Below, in pieces: positions 38,621 through 49,839 of a DNA stretch of 64,000 nucleotides (the stretch's first letter is position 1; the number at the start of each line of letters is the position of its first letter). The translations under genes and the position numbers were made by a program. The notes beneath the pieces are model-generated. The model had not been told where the DNA came from and did no database searches. It saw only the letters and a program-made list of their open reading frames with translations. This DNA is from an uncultured Cohaesibacter sp. GTDB taxonomy: Bacteria; Pseudomonadota; Alphaproteobacteria; Rhizobiales; Cohaesibacteraceae. The DNA lies in assembly GCF_963662805.2 (NCBI RefSeq), contig NZ_CAXXOW010000012.1, forward strand, positions 112,154 through 176,153, in the 5' to 3' direction.

Positions 38621-38971
38621 ATGACACTGAATGTATGCGCCAGTCAGGCGCTCAAATTGTGGCACGATGTGACGCACGAACTGGTGCGTGAAGAAGAGAC
38701 GGACCTGTCCGCTCGTCAGATGACCGTTCTGTTGACGGTCTACCTTGAAACTCCACCTCACACGGTACGCGGCCTTGCTGCCAAGCTGGGCGTCACCAAG
38801 CCCGCCATCACCCGCGCCCTTGACACCCTCGGGCGCAGTGGTCTCCTGACCCGTCGTCGCGACGAGAAGGACAAGCGCAACGTCGTCGTGCTGCGCACGG
38901 TCAAGGGCGCTCTCTATGTCGAAAAGCTGGGCTACAAGATCGTCGAGAACAGCCGCACGCTTCTCGACTGA
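38621..38971 (+). CDS. MarR-family transcriptional regulator
   Basis: LSARQMTVLL, LAAKLGVTKPAITRALDTL, RRRDEKDKR winged HTH. Confidence 0.92.
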   Translation: MTLNVCASQALKLWHDVTHELVREEETDLSARQMTVLLTVYLETPPHTVRGLAAKLGVTKPAITRALDTLGRSGLLTRRRDEKDKRNVVVLRTVKGALYVEKLGYKIVENSRTLLD

Positions 38972-39013
38972 TCATCCTTGCCACAGCGCTAATTCCGTTT
39001 GAACAGGACAACC

Positions 39014-39937
39014 ATGCTCAATCCCTCACTCAATGCCTTCCGTCCCGATCTGGCCGACAAGAGGTTGCAAGGGCAGGTGGAGGCAGAGCGCTTTGTCGAC
39101 CCGACCATCATGCGGGTGCAGTTGCCCGTCGCTCCCGTCAAGTCCGCCCCCAACGGGATGAGCGGGCTTGATACGCAGGCCCTTTTGGGCGAAGTCGTCA
39201 AGGTGTTTGATGCCACGGAGGATGGCTGGAGCTGGGTGCAGCTTCAGAAGGACGGCTATGTCGGCTATATGCCAACCTCGGCCCTCGGCCCGTTTGGCGG
39301 TCAGCTGCGCGACAATTTTCTGGCAGGCACACCAACTCACCGGGTCACCGCGGTGCGCACCTTTGTCTATCCCGGCCCGGACCTCAAATTTCCAGCAGGT
39401 GCTTTTCTCTCGATCGGGGCTGGCGTCATTCTCGGTGACGAGGAAGTCACTCGCAACACCCGCTATCGCAAGCTGCTCAATCTGGTCACTCCCACGGGTG
39501 AACCCGGCTGGATCGTCGCCCAGCATGTCTCCGAAATCGATGAGACCGCAGCCGATTACGTGTCCGTCGCCGAGCAGCTGATTGGCACGCCCTATCTCTG
39601 GGGTGGCAAAAGCTCTCTCGGCATCGATTGTTCCGGCCTTGTCCAGCTTGCCTGCGAGATGGCAGGCATCGAGATGTTGCGCGATGCCTCGATGCAGGAG
39701 ACGGAGGCAGGAGAAGCGCTTGACCTGTCCGGCGGGATGCCGGACTTGCAACGCGGCGACCTTCTGTTCTGGCCCGGCCATGTGGGGATCATGACAGACC
39801 CCCAGACGCTACTCCACGCCAATGGCCATCACATGGCTGTCGCCGCAGAGCCACTCGACACCGCTCTCGACCGTATCAAGGCCAATGAGTTTGGTGAGCT
39901 GAGAGCGGTTCGGCGTCTGACGGGATTATCCGCCTAA
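39014..39937 (+). CDS. NlpC/P60 cysteine peptidase with an N-terminal SH3-like region, no signal peptide
   Basis: GTPYLWGG, GIDCSGL, GHVG, LLHAN (Cys-His-His). Confidence 0.92.
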   Translation: MLNPSLNAFRPDLADKRLQGQVEAERFVDPTIMRVQLPVAPVKSAPNGMSGLDTQALLGEVVKVFDATEDGWSWVQLQKDGYVGYMPTSALGPFGGQLRDNFLAGTPTHRVTAVRTFVYPGPDLKFPAGAFLSIGAGVILGDEEVTRNTRYRKLLNLVTPTGEPGWIVAQHVSEIDETAADYVSVAEQLIGTPYLWGGKSSLGIDCSGLVQLACEMAGIEMLRDASMQETEAGEALDLSGGMPDLQRGDLLFWPGHVGIMTDPQTLLHANGHHMAVAAEPLDTALDRIKANEFGELRAVRRLTGLSA

Positions 39938-40878
39938 TATCCCACCGATCTGTCGACGAGGCTTTCCGGCTCCTTGCCCTCTGCAAACAGCATCACCTGT
40001 CGGGCCAGATAGTTCGTCGTCGAATTGGCGTTCGAGCAGGCCGCATTGTGCGGGGTGAGGATCACGCCGGGCAGCGACCACAGCGGGCTGTCTTTCTTGA
40101 GTGGCTCCACCTCGAACACATCAAGAGAGGCGCCCTTGAGCGTGCCTTCGGTGACCGCTGTAGCGATATCGTCCTCGATTTGCAGTTTGCCGCGCCCGGC
40201 ATTGAGCACATAAGGCCCGCCCAGCACGCCATCCTGCGCCATCTTGCGGAACAGCGAGAGATTGAGGATGCCCTCGGTCGCAGGGGTGTGTGGCAGAAGG
40301 CAGACAAGAATGTCGGTCCTTGCCAGCATGGCGTCGAGCCCGTCAGAGCCATGATAGGTCTGAAGGCCGTCGATCTCCTTGGGTGACCGGCTCCAGCCCG
40401 AAACCTGATAGCCCATCATCTTCAGTTTCTCGGCGGCATCAAGCCCCAGTACACCGAGCCCCATGATGCCAACGCGCACCTCGGAGGCAATCGGATCCTC
40501 GCGAAAGGCCCAGCGAGATTCAGACTGTGCCTGAAGATAGTCGAGTGCCTTCCTGTGATGCATCAGCACCTGCAGCAGCACCCATTCGCTCATCCGGTTG
40601 GTGAGGTCCGGGTCGATGACCCGCACAAGCGGCACATCGGCGGGGAGGGTCGCATCGGACAGCAGCGCGTCGACCCCGGCTCCAAGCGAGCAGATCAGCT
40701 TGAGATTGGGGAATTGGGTGAGGAAGCCGGGCTCGGGCTTCCAGACAAAGGCATAGTCGATCTCGTTGACGTCACCGAGACGATCCGCGGTGCGAACTTC
40801 GGAGCCGGGCAGGGCAGCTTCGATGCGCTGGGTCCATTCGACCATGTCCCAGCCTCTGGCATAAAGGGCGATTTTCAT
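39934..40878 (-). CDS. ghrA: Glyoxylate/hydroxypyruvate reductase A (2-hydroxyacid dehydrogenase)
   Basis: SLGAGVD, GIMGLGVLG, LNAGRG, LDVFEVEP, TPHNA. Confidence 0.88.
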   Translation of the reverse strand: MKIALYARGWDMVEWTQRIEAALPGSEVRTADRLGDVNEIDYAFVWKPEPGFLTQFPNLKLICSLGAGVDALLSDATLPADVPLVRVIDPDLTNRMSEWVLLQVLMHHRKALDYLQAQSESRWAFREDPIASEVRVGIMGLGVLGLDAAEKLKMMGYQVSGWSRSPKEIDGLQTYHGSDGLDAMLARTDILVCLLPHTPATEGILNLSLFRKMAQDGVLGGPYVLNAGRGKLQIEDDIATAVTEGTLKGASLDVFEVEPLKKDSPLWSLPGVILTPHNAACSNANSTTNYLARQVMLFAEGKEPESLVDRSVGY

Positions 40879-41004
40879 CAGTCTTCCTTGGCGCTTGTTC
40901 GTGGCAGCTAAGAGCGATCACGCGAACACGCCTTCTTTGGAGGGTGTTGTGGCTCCTTGTCCCGGAGCCTTTGGGGGAGAATGAGAGAGACTTACCCGAA
41001 ATAC

Positions 41005-42651
<1,647 letters not shown>

Positions 42652-42657
42652 TCTCTC

Positions 42658-43806
42658 CTAGTGAAATGTCTTGCGCGGATCGAATGCATCGCGCACCGCT
42701 TCGCCGATGAAAATGAGCAGGCTCAGCATGATCGAGATCGACAGGAAGCCTGTGATGCCGAGCCACGGTGCCTCAAGGTTCTTCTTGCCCTGCGCCAGCA
42801 ACTCCCCGAGCGACGGCGAGCCGGGTGGCAGGCCGAAGCCGAGAAAGTCGAGCGACGTCAGCGTCGTGATCGAGCCATTGAGAATGAACGGCACGAAGGT
42901 CAGCGTCGCCACCATGGCATTGGGCAACAGATGCCGCATCATGATGGTCCGGTTGGAGACCCCGAGCGCCCGCGCCGCCGACACATATTCGAAGTTTCGC
43001 GCGCGCAGGAATTCCGCCCGCACCACACCGACAAGAGCCACCCACGAGAAAAGCAGGAGGATTCCAAGCAGGATCCAGAAGCTCGGTGTGATGATGGCCG
43101 CGATGATCAGCAGCAGATAGAGCTGCGGCACCGAGGTCCAGATCTCGATGAAGCGCTGGAAAATGAGGTCCGTGAGGCCGCCGAAGTAGCCCTGCACCGC
43201 ACCGGCCGTTACCCCGATGATCGAGGAGAAGAAGGTAAGCGTCAGTCCAAACAGCACCGAGATGCGGAAGCCATAGATCAGCCGCGCAAGCACATCGCGC
43301 CCCTGATCATCCGTGCCGATCCAGTTCCAGTTGCCGATGGTGCAGTTGCGGTCATTGACCCCTTCGTCAAACGGCGCACAGCGCGTCTCCTTGTCGAGCA
43401 TCCAGCTCGGCGGGGCCGGGGCCGGTGTCGGCAGGTCGAGATTGACCGTCCGGTAGCTGTAGCGCACCGGAGCCCAGAGGATCCAGCCGTTGCTGGTGAT
43501 CTCGTCCTGAATGAACGGATCGCGATAGTCGGTATTGGGCAGGAAGCCGCCGAACTTGGTCTCCGGATAATCGGTGATGAGCGGCGAGAGCAGCTCGCCC
43601 TTGTAGGAGATAAGCAGCGGCTTGTCGTTGGCGATAAGCTCTGCAAACAGCGTCAGGAAAAACAGCAGCGCAAACAGATAGAGCGAGATATAGCCCCGCC
43701 GGTTGGCCTTGAAATTCTTCCAGCGGCGCTGGTTGAGCGGCGTCATCCGATCATAGAAGCTCGGCTTTTTCGTCTTGTCCGTCTTGGTCATCGTGGTCTC
43801 GCTCAT
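42658..43806 (-). CDS. yejE: Peptide ABC transporter permease
   Basis: LNQRRWKNFKANRRGYISL, GTDDQGRDVLARLIYGFRIS. Confidence 0.92.
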   Translation of the reverse strand: MSETTMTKTDKTKKPSFYDRMTPLNQRRWKNFKANRRGYISLYLFALLFFLTLFAELIANDKPLLISYKGELLSPLITDYPETKFGGFLPNTDYRDPFIQDEITSNGWILWAPVRYSYRTVNLDLPTPAPAPPSWMLDKETRCAPFDEGVNDRNCTIGNWNWIGTDDQGRDVLARLIYGFRISVLFGLTLTFFSSIIGVTAGAVQGYFGGLTDLIFQRFIEIWTSVPQLYLLLIIAAIITPSFWILLGILLLFSWVALVGVVRAEFLRARNFEYVSAARALGVSNRTIMMRHLLPNAMVATLTFVPFILNGSITTLTSLDFLGFGLPPGSPSLGELLAQGKKNLEAPWLGITGFLSISIMLSLLIFIGEAVRDAFDPRKTFH

Positions 43807-43808
43807 CC

Positions 43809-44921
43809 CTAGACCTCCCGGCTTTCAAAGTCGATCCGGGGATCGATGAGCATGTAGGTGATATCGGAGACGAGGCTGATCAGAAGCCCCATCAGCGAGA
43901 AGATGTAAAGGGTCGCAAAGACCACGGAGTAATCCCGGTTGATCACGCTCTCGAAGGACAGCAGGCCAAGACCGTCGAGCGAGAAAATCGTCTCGATCAG
44001 CAGCGAGCCGCCAAAGAAGGCCCCGATAAAGGCACCGGGGAAGCCCGCGATGATGATCAGCATGGCATTGCGGAACACATGGCCATAGAGCACCTGACGC
44101 TCGGTGAGGCCCTTGGCCCGCGCGGTGACCACATATTGCTTGCGGATCTCGTCAAGGAACGAGTTCTTGGTCAAGAGGGTGGTCGTGGCAAAGGCCGCAA
44201 GGGCCATCGAGATGAGTGGCAGGGCGAGGTGCCAGAAATAGTCGAGGATCTTTTCCCACCAGCTCAGGTCGGCGAAATTGTCCGACACGAGGCCGCGAAG
44301 GGGGAACCAGTCGAAGAAGGAGCCACCGGCGAACAGCACCACCAGCAGCACGGCAAACAGGAAGCCCGGAATGGCATAACCGATGATGATCACCGCTGAC
44401 GTCCAGACATCGAACTTCGAGCCGTCCGAGACCGCCTTTCGAATGCCGAGGGGGATCGAGACGAGATAGGAGATCAGCGTCATCCAGAGACCGAGGGAAA
44501 TGGAAACGGGCATCTTCTCGACGATCAGGTCGAGCACGCCGATATCGCGGAAATAACTGTCGCCGAAATCGAAGGTGGCATAGTCAACGAGCATTCCGAG
44601 GAAGCGCTCAAGCGGCGGCTTGTCAAAGCCGAACTGCTTTTCCAGATCCTTGATGAATTCGGGATCGAGTCCCTGTGCGCCGCGATATTTCGAGCTGATG
44701 TCCTCGCCGCCACCGGTGCCCTGACCAGCGCCAGTTCCCGCAAAGTCGCCACTGCCGCCCGAGATGCGCTCGGTGGCTGACACGTCCGTGCCGGTGACCT
44801 GTGCGATGATCCGTTCCACCGGTCCGCCGGGAGCGAACTGGATGACTGCGAAGTTGATTGCCATGATCCCGATGAGGGTCGGGATGATCAGCAGGAGACG
44901 TCGCAAGATATAAGCGCCCAT
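43809..44921 (-). CDS. yejB: Peptide ABC transporter permease
   Basis: [36 protein letters not shown]. Confidence 0.93.
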   Translation of the reverse strand: MGAYILRRLLLIIPTLIGIMAINFAVIQFAPGGPVERIIAQVTGTDVSATERISGGSGDFAGTGAGQGTGGGEDISSKYRGAQGLDPEFIKDLEKQFGFDKPPLERFLGMLVDYATFDFGDSYFRDIGVLDLIVEKMPVSISLGLWMTLISYLVSIPLGIRKAVSDGSKFDVWTSAVIIIGYAIPGFLFAVLLVVLFAGGSFFDWFPLRGLVSDNFADLSWWEKILDYFWHLALPLISMALAAFATTTLLTKNSFLDEIRKQYVVTARAKGLTERQVLYGHVFRNAMLIIIAGFPGAFIGAFFGGSLLIETIFSLDGLGLLSFESVINRDYSVVFATLYIFSLMGLLISLVSDITYMLIDPRIDFESREV

Positions 44922-45075
44922 ACTCTCTCCACCTCTTTCACCGGAAGGTCCGGTGTGATTGCTTGTTTTTCTCTTTTTATCAGCTGTCGGTGATTCGACT
45001 GCCTGTCTGGCTATCGGTCAGTCTAATCATCATGACTGACGCAATTTCCAGCAAAATTCCCGTGATTGCCTCGAT

Positions 45076-46980
45076 TCAGGCCTCTTTCCACCACCATCGC
45101 TCCGGTCGAAACTCGTAGAGATTGGCACTGTCGATCCATTTGAGGCCTTTCCAGACCCCCAGCGTGTGCACTGGCTTGTTCCAGTTGGGCACCCAATAAT
45201 GTCCCGCCCGCCAAATCCGGTCGATGGCCTGACCGGCCGCGATCATGTCCTCGCGGGTTTTGGCCGAAATGGCGGCCTCGATCATGGCATCCATCACCGG
45301 GTCGGCGACCCCGGCAATGTTGTTGCTGCCGTGAGACTCGGCTGCCTCCGAGCCCCACATCGAGCGGCTTGACGGCGTGATATTGGCATCAAGCCCATAG
45401 CGGCGTCCGACGAGATCGAAGTCGAAATTGTCAACACGGCTCTGGAATTGCGATGGGTCAACGAGCCGGAAGGTGAGGGGGATGTCGAGCAGCGCCAGCG
45501 TGTTGATCCAAGGGGTAACAATCCGTTCGAAGGCCGGGCTGTTGGTCAGAAGCTCGATGTCGAGCAATTCGCCTTCGGCATTCACCCAGCCCTTCTCGTT
45601 GCGGCTCCAGCCCGCCTCCTGAAGCAAGCGGTTGGCCTTGGCGAGCAGCTTCCGGTCCTTGCCCGACGCATCCGATTTCGGCGGACTGTAAGGTTCGTCA
45701 AAGACCGCCGGGTCAAGCTGATCGCGATAGGGTTCCAAGAGGGCCAGCACCTTGCCTTCGGCAGGTCCGGAAGCCTTCATTGCGGTGCGCTCGAAGAAGG
45801 ACTCCGTGCGCTGGTAAAGGCCATAAAAGAGGTTCTTGTTGGACCATTCGAAATCGAAGGTGAGGGCGATGGCCTCCCGCGTGCGCGGATCGGCAAACTT
45901 GGGCTTCCTCAGATTAAAAAACCAGCCTTGCGCGCCGGACGGCTGACCATCGGGCAATTCGAGCTTGAAGACCCGACCGTCCTTGATCGCCGGGAAATCA
46001 TACTGCGTCGCCCAGGCCTTGGAGGAAAACTCCACATGCAGGTTGATGTCCCCCTTTTTGAAGGCCTCGAACAGCACCGTGTGCTCGCGGGCAAAGAACA
46101 TCCGCACGACATCGAAATTGTCATGCCCGATGGAGGTCGGAAGATCCTTGCCCCAATAGTCGGGATCACGCTCATAGTCGATGAAACTGCCCGCATTGAC
46201 CGAGCCAACGCGATAGGGGCCGGAGCCGAGCGGCGGCTCAAGGGTCGAACGGTCGAAATCCATCGTCTCGTAATAGGCTTTCGAGAAGATCGGCACCATG
46301 TAGCTGACGTCGATCGCTGCCTGCTTCTGCTGACTGCCCGAGAAGACCAGAACAACGCGGTCGTCATCCACCTCGGCACGCTCAAGCTCGGCGAGGGCGA
46401 CGCGCAGGTTCGGATGACCCTTTTCCTTAAGGATATTGAAGCTGAAGGCCACATCGTCCGTCGTGACCGGCGAACCGTCATGAAACCGTGCCTCGGGCCT
46501 CAAGGCAAAGGAATAGCGATTGCCATCCGGCGACAGCGACACCGAGCTGGCAAGGTGGCAATAGACGGCATCGGGCTCATCAAAGGCCCTGACGGTCAGG
46601 GTATCGAATAAAAGCTCTGTACGCGGCGGCGCATCCCCTTTCAGCACAAAGCCATTCAGGGTGTTGAAGGTCTGGGGGTTCTGATTATAGCGCCAGTCAT
46701 GGGCCGACTGGACAAGACGCCCTCCCTTTTGTGCGTGCGCTTCGACATAGTCGAAATGGGCAAAGCCGGGCGGATATTTGAGCGGGCCGAAGACGGAGAG
46801 GCCATGAAGCTCTGCGGCGGCCCATCCGACGAGTGGCCTGCCGACAAGCCCGGCGCCAAATACCGCCGACGCAATGGCAGCTAAAGCGGAGGAGCGGAGA
46901 AAGGCGCGCCGGTCAATGCCGGCGACCCCGCCCGGTTTGGCCCCATGCAAGAAGGGCATTGTGTCTCTGTTCTTGACCAA
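45076..46980 (-). CDS. yejA: Family 5 extracellular solute-binding protein, YejA-like, Tat signal
   Basis: DRRAFLR twin-arginine motif, LKYPPGFAHFDYV, EPPLGSGPY; start may be 46959. Confidence 0.85.
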   Translation of the reverse strand: MVKNRDTMPFLHGAKPGGVAGIDRRAFLRSSALAAIASAVFGAGLVGRPLVGWAAAELHGLSVFGPLKYPPGFAHFDYVEAHAQKGGRLVQSAHDWRYNQNPQTFNTLNGFVLKGDAPPRTELLFDTLTVRAFDEPDAVYCHLASSVSLSPDGNRYSFALRPEARFHDGSPVTTDDVAFSFNILKEKGHPNLRVALAELERAEVDDDRVVLVFSGSQQKQAAIDVSYMVPIFSKAYYETMDFDRSTLEPPLGSGPYRVGSVNAGSFIDYERDPDYWGKDLPTSIGHDNFDVVRMFFAREHTVLFEAFKKGDINLHVEFSSKAWATQYDFPAIKDGRVFKLELPDGQPSGAQGWFFNLRKPKFADPRTREAIALTFDFEWSNKNLFYGLYQRTESFFERTAMKASGPAEGKVLALLEPYRDQLDPAVFDEPYSPPKSDASGKDRKLLAKANRLLQEAGWSRNEKGWVNAEGELLDIELLTNSPAFERIVTPWINTLALLDIPLTFRLVDPSQFQSRVDNFDFDLVGRRYGLDANITPSSRSMWGSEAAESHGSNNIAGVADPVMDAMIEAAISAKTREDMIAAGQAIDRIWRAGHYWVPNWNKPVHTLGVWKGLKWIDSANLYEFRPERWWWKEA

Positions 46981-47057
46981 GAGCCGTCCTTTGTCCTGTC
47001 CGACGTTGTCCTATCCAACGCCCGATTGGTTTCTCTGCCCGCCGGTGAGCTAGCCGA

Positions 47058-49028
47058 TCAGTTCTTTGCTTCCACCGCAGCTGCTTTGGCCTCATCCCAC
47101 CACCAGATGGTCGGGAAGCCGACGCTCAACATGGGCAGCGGATCCGGGTGTCCGAACCGGTCCCAATAGGCGATCCGGCTTGCCGCCAGCGTCCAGCCCG
47201 GAATGACATAGTGATTGGCAAGCAACACCCGGTCGAGCGCTTTCGTGGCGGCCACGAGATCTTCGCGATCCTTGGCGTAGATGATTTTGGTGATCAGCTC
47301 GTCGACCGCCTCGTTCTTGATACCCGCATAGTTGGCCGAGCCTTCGCGGTCCGCCGATTCCGAACCGAAATATTCCTGCTGCTCGTTGCCCGGCGACAGG
47401 CTTTGCCCCCAGCCGGTATAGATCAGGTCGAAGTCGCGGCTGCGGACCCGGTTGACATATTGCGAGCTGTCGACGACCCGCGGGGTCATCTTGATTCCGA
47501 CGCGTTCAAGCGAAGCCTGCAGGCGCAGCGCCACGCGCTCGAAGTTGGTGCCATTGAGCAGATATTCGATCTCGAAGGCTTCGCCCTTCTCGTTGCGCAT
47601 GACCACCTTGGTCGGGTCGCTGGCAAGGCCGAGCGTCACCATCATCGAATGTAGGAAGCCTTCGGGGCGCTTTTCCTCGTCAACCTCGGTTCTGGGTTCC
47701 CAACCGGCTTCCTTGAAGAGGTCCAGTGCCTTTTTCAGATTGTCACGCAGATCCTCGCGACTCTCCACCTTCGGATTGACGTATGGCTCGAAAGCTTCAG
47801 CCGGAACCTTGTCCTTAAGCGGTTCGAGCAGTTCGAGAACCTTGCCTTCTGCCTTGCCGGAGGAGGCAAGCTCGGTGCCGAAGTAGAAGCTCGAGATGCG
47901 CTCATACTGATCATAGAACAGGGTGCGGTTCATCTCCTCGAAGTTGAACACATAGTTCAGCGCTTCGCGAACTTTGGGATCCTGAAACTTCTCCCGACGC
48001 AGGTTCGGCAGGAAGCCGACGAGGACACCGGAGGATTTGTCCGGGATCACTTCCTTGGCGACCCGCCCGTCCTTGGCCGCGGGGAATTCATATTCCGTCG
48101 CCCAGCGTTTGGCGGTGGATTCGACGCGGAAGTCAAAACCGCCGGACTTGAAATTCTCGAACAGGACAGTGTCGTCGCGGAAATACTCGATCCTGAGCTG
48201 GTTGAAATTGTTGGTGCCGACGTTGACATTCAGGTCCTTGCCCCAATAGTCATCGACGCGATCATAGGTGATGTATTTGCCCGGCGAGAAGTCGCCGATC
48301 TTGTAGGCGCCTGAGCCAAGTGGCGGCTCAAGGGTGCCCTTGGAAATGTCGCGCTGTTCGCCATTTGCATCCGTGCCAGTCCACCAGTGCTTGGGCAGGA
48401 TCATCAACTGGCCGACGATATGCGGCAGCTCGCGGTTGCCTTCCTGATCGAAGGTGAAGGTAACTTCCCGCTCGCCCGTGACTTCAGCCTTCGAGACATG
48501 GCTGTAGTAGAAGCGCTGCTGCGGATTGAGTTCGGTCAGCTTCTCGAATGACCAGACCACATCCTCGGCGGTGATCGGTTCGCCATCGTGCCAGCGTGCC
48601 TCTTCCCGGATGCGATATTTCACATAGGAATAGTTGGGACCAACATACATCGCATCGGCGATGAGGCCGTAGTCCGAGGAAATCTCGTCATAGGCCGAGG
48701 TCATCAGCGTGTCGTAGATATAGCCAAGGCCAGAAGCCGGTTCGCCTTTCGGGATGATGACGTTAAAGCTGTCAAATCCGCCCTGCAGCGCCTGCCGGGC
48801 CACACCGCCCTTTGGCGCGTTCACATTGACATATTCGAAATGCTCGAAGCCGTCCGGATATTTCGGGTCACCCATGAGGGAGGAGCCGTGCAGCCAGGTT
48901 TCGAATTCGACCGCCAGTGCATCGCCAGAACCTGCGATCAGACCGGCGGTTGCCATGGGCGCAAGAGCCAGCGAGAAACACAAAGCCCGCAAGGGGGAGG
49001 TCTTGCGACGACGCAAGGAATGAGGCAC
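47058..49028 (-). CDS. yejA: Family 5 extracellular solute-binding protein YejA
   Basis: PKYPDGFEHFEYVNVNAPKGG, LEPPLGSGAY, YWDRFGHP; AAGGAG RBS before GTG. Confidence 0.9.
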   Translation of the reverse strand: MPHSLRRRKTSPLRALCFSLALAPMATAGLIAGSGDALAVEFETWLHGSSLMGDPKYPDGFEHFEYVNVNAPKGGVARQALQGGFDSFNVIIPKGEPASGLGYIYDTLMTSAYDEISSDYGLIADAMYVGPNYSYVKYRIREEARWHDGEPITAEDVVWSFEKLTELNPQQRFYYSHVSKAEVTGEREVTFTFDQEGNRELPHIVGQLMILPKHWWTGTDANGEQRDISKGTLEPPLGSGAYKIGDFSPGKYITYDRVDDYWGKDLNVNVGTNNFNQLRIEYFRDDTVLFENFKSGGFDFRVESTAKRWATEYEFPAAKDGRVAKEVIPDKSSGVLVGFLPNLRREKFQDPKVREALNYVFNFEEMNRTLFYDQYERISSFYFGTELASSGKAEGKVLELLEPLKDKVPAEAFEPYVNPKVESREDLRDNLKKALDLFKEAGWEPRTEVDEEKRPEGFLHSMMVTLGLASDPTKVVMRNEKGEAFEIEYLLNGTNFERVALRLQASLERVGIKMTPRVVDSSQYVNRVRSRDFDLIYTGWGQSLSPGNEQQEYFGSESADREGSANYAGIKNEAVDELITKIIYAKDREDLVAATKALDRVLLANHYVIPGWTLAASRIAYWDRFGHPDPLPMLSVGFPTIWWWDEAKAAAVEAKN

Positions 49029-49341
49029 GGTTCGTCTCCTTCAATCAAGGGTCTCAAAATACATCAGGTCAAGCGCTCGTCATCCGGTCAGAACCATCCG
49101 ATGACAGGCATGCAATCATTTCAAAGGCCCATCCCGTTCGAAAATCAAACGATTTGGCATGGATAGGCTCATGCCACCTTAGCAAAGCCCGACCCTTGCG
49201 AGTAGCTCCAATCTGGTGGCAGGACCCACATTGTTCCTTGCGGACGCTGGTTCAAGACATTTTCAGGCGCAATCGGACAGCAATGTGGCAGAATCATCCA
49301 CATTTTCATGAAATTTTCTTAAGGATCAGTAGATCTTAGGC

Positions 49342-49839
49342 TCAATCGGCAGCTTCGAGCAGCACCGCTCCTGTTGCTTCGAATAGCTGTTGTGGGGCCA
49401 CCTTGAAGACTGCGTTGGGTGCGCCTGCCGCGGCCCAGACGACGTCGAAGGTCAACAGGTCTGGGTCCATATAGACCGCCATCTCGCATAGGTGTCCGAT
49501 CGGGGCGACCCCGCCAATGGCAAAGCCAGTTTCCGCTCGCACCTTTTTGGCATCAGCCCGGTCAAGGCTCGAGCCGATGACCTTTGCCGCGAGATCGAGG
49601 TCGGCCCGGTTGTGCCCGGCGATCAGCAGGAGCACGAGCTGCTGGTTGTCGTGACGCTCGAAGATCAGGCTCTTGACGATCTGCGCAACCTCGCAGGAGC
49701 AGGCCGCAGCGGCGTCTTCTGCGGTGCGGGTGGACTCCGGCATCACCAGAATGTCCACATCGAGGCCGAGGGCCTTTGCCGCAGCATCAACGCGGTCTTT
49801 CGAGCTTTGCTTGCCCTTGGGCTTCTGCATTTCATTCAT
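49342..49839 (-). CDS. ybaK: YbaK/EbsC aminoacyl-tRNA deacylase family protein
   Basis: TRTAEDAA, IVKSL, TGFAIGGVAPIG, WAAAG. Confidence 0.9.
   Translation of the reverse strand: MNEMQKPKGKQSSKDRVDAAAKALGLDVDILVMPESTRTAEDAAAACSCEVAQIVKSLIFERHDNQQLVLLLIAGHNRADLDLAAKVIGSSLDRADAKKVRAETGFAIGGVAPIGHLCEMAVYMDPDLLTFDVVWAAAGAPNAVFKVAPQQLFEATGAVLLEAAD

Noticed and set aside
45448-46611. 387-aa plus-strand ORF opposite the Tat-type yejA
   Set aside because: Shadow ORF
49029-49341. 313-bp gap upstream of yejA with short inverted repeats (GTCATC/GATGAC, GGCATG/CATGCC)
   Set aside because: No tRNA cloverleaf or known RNA motif; 6-bp arms are within chance expectation
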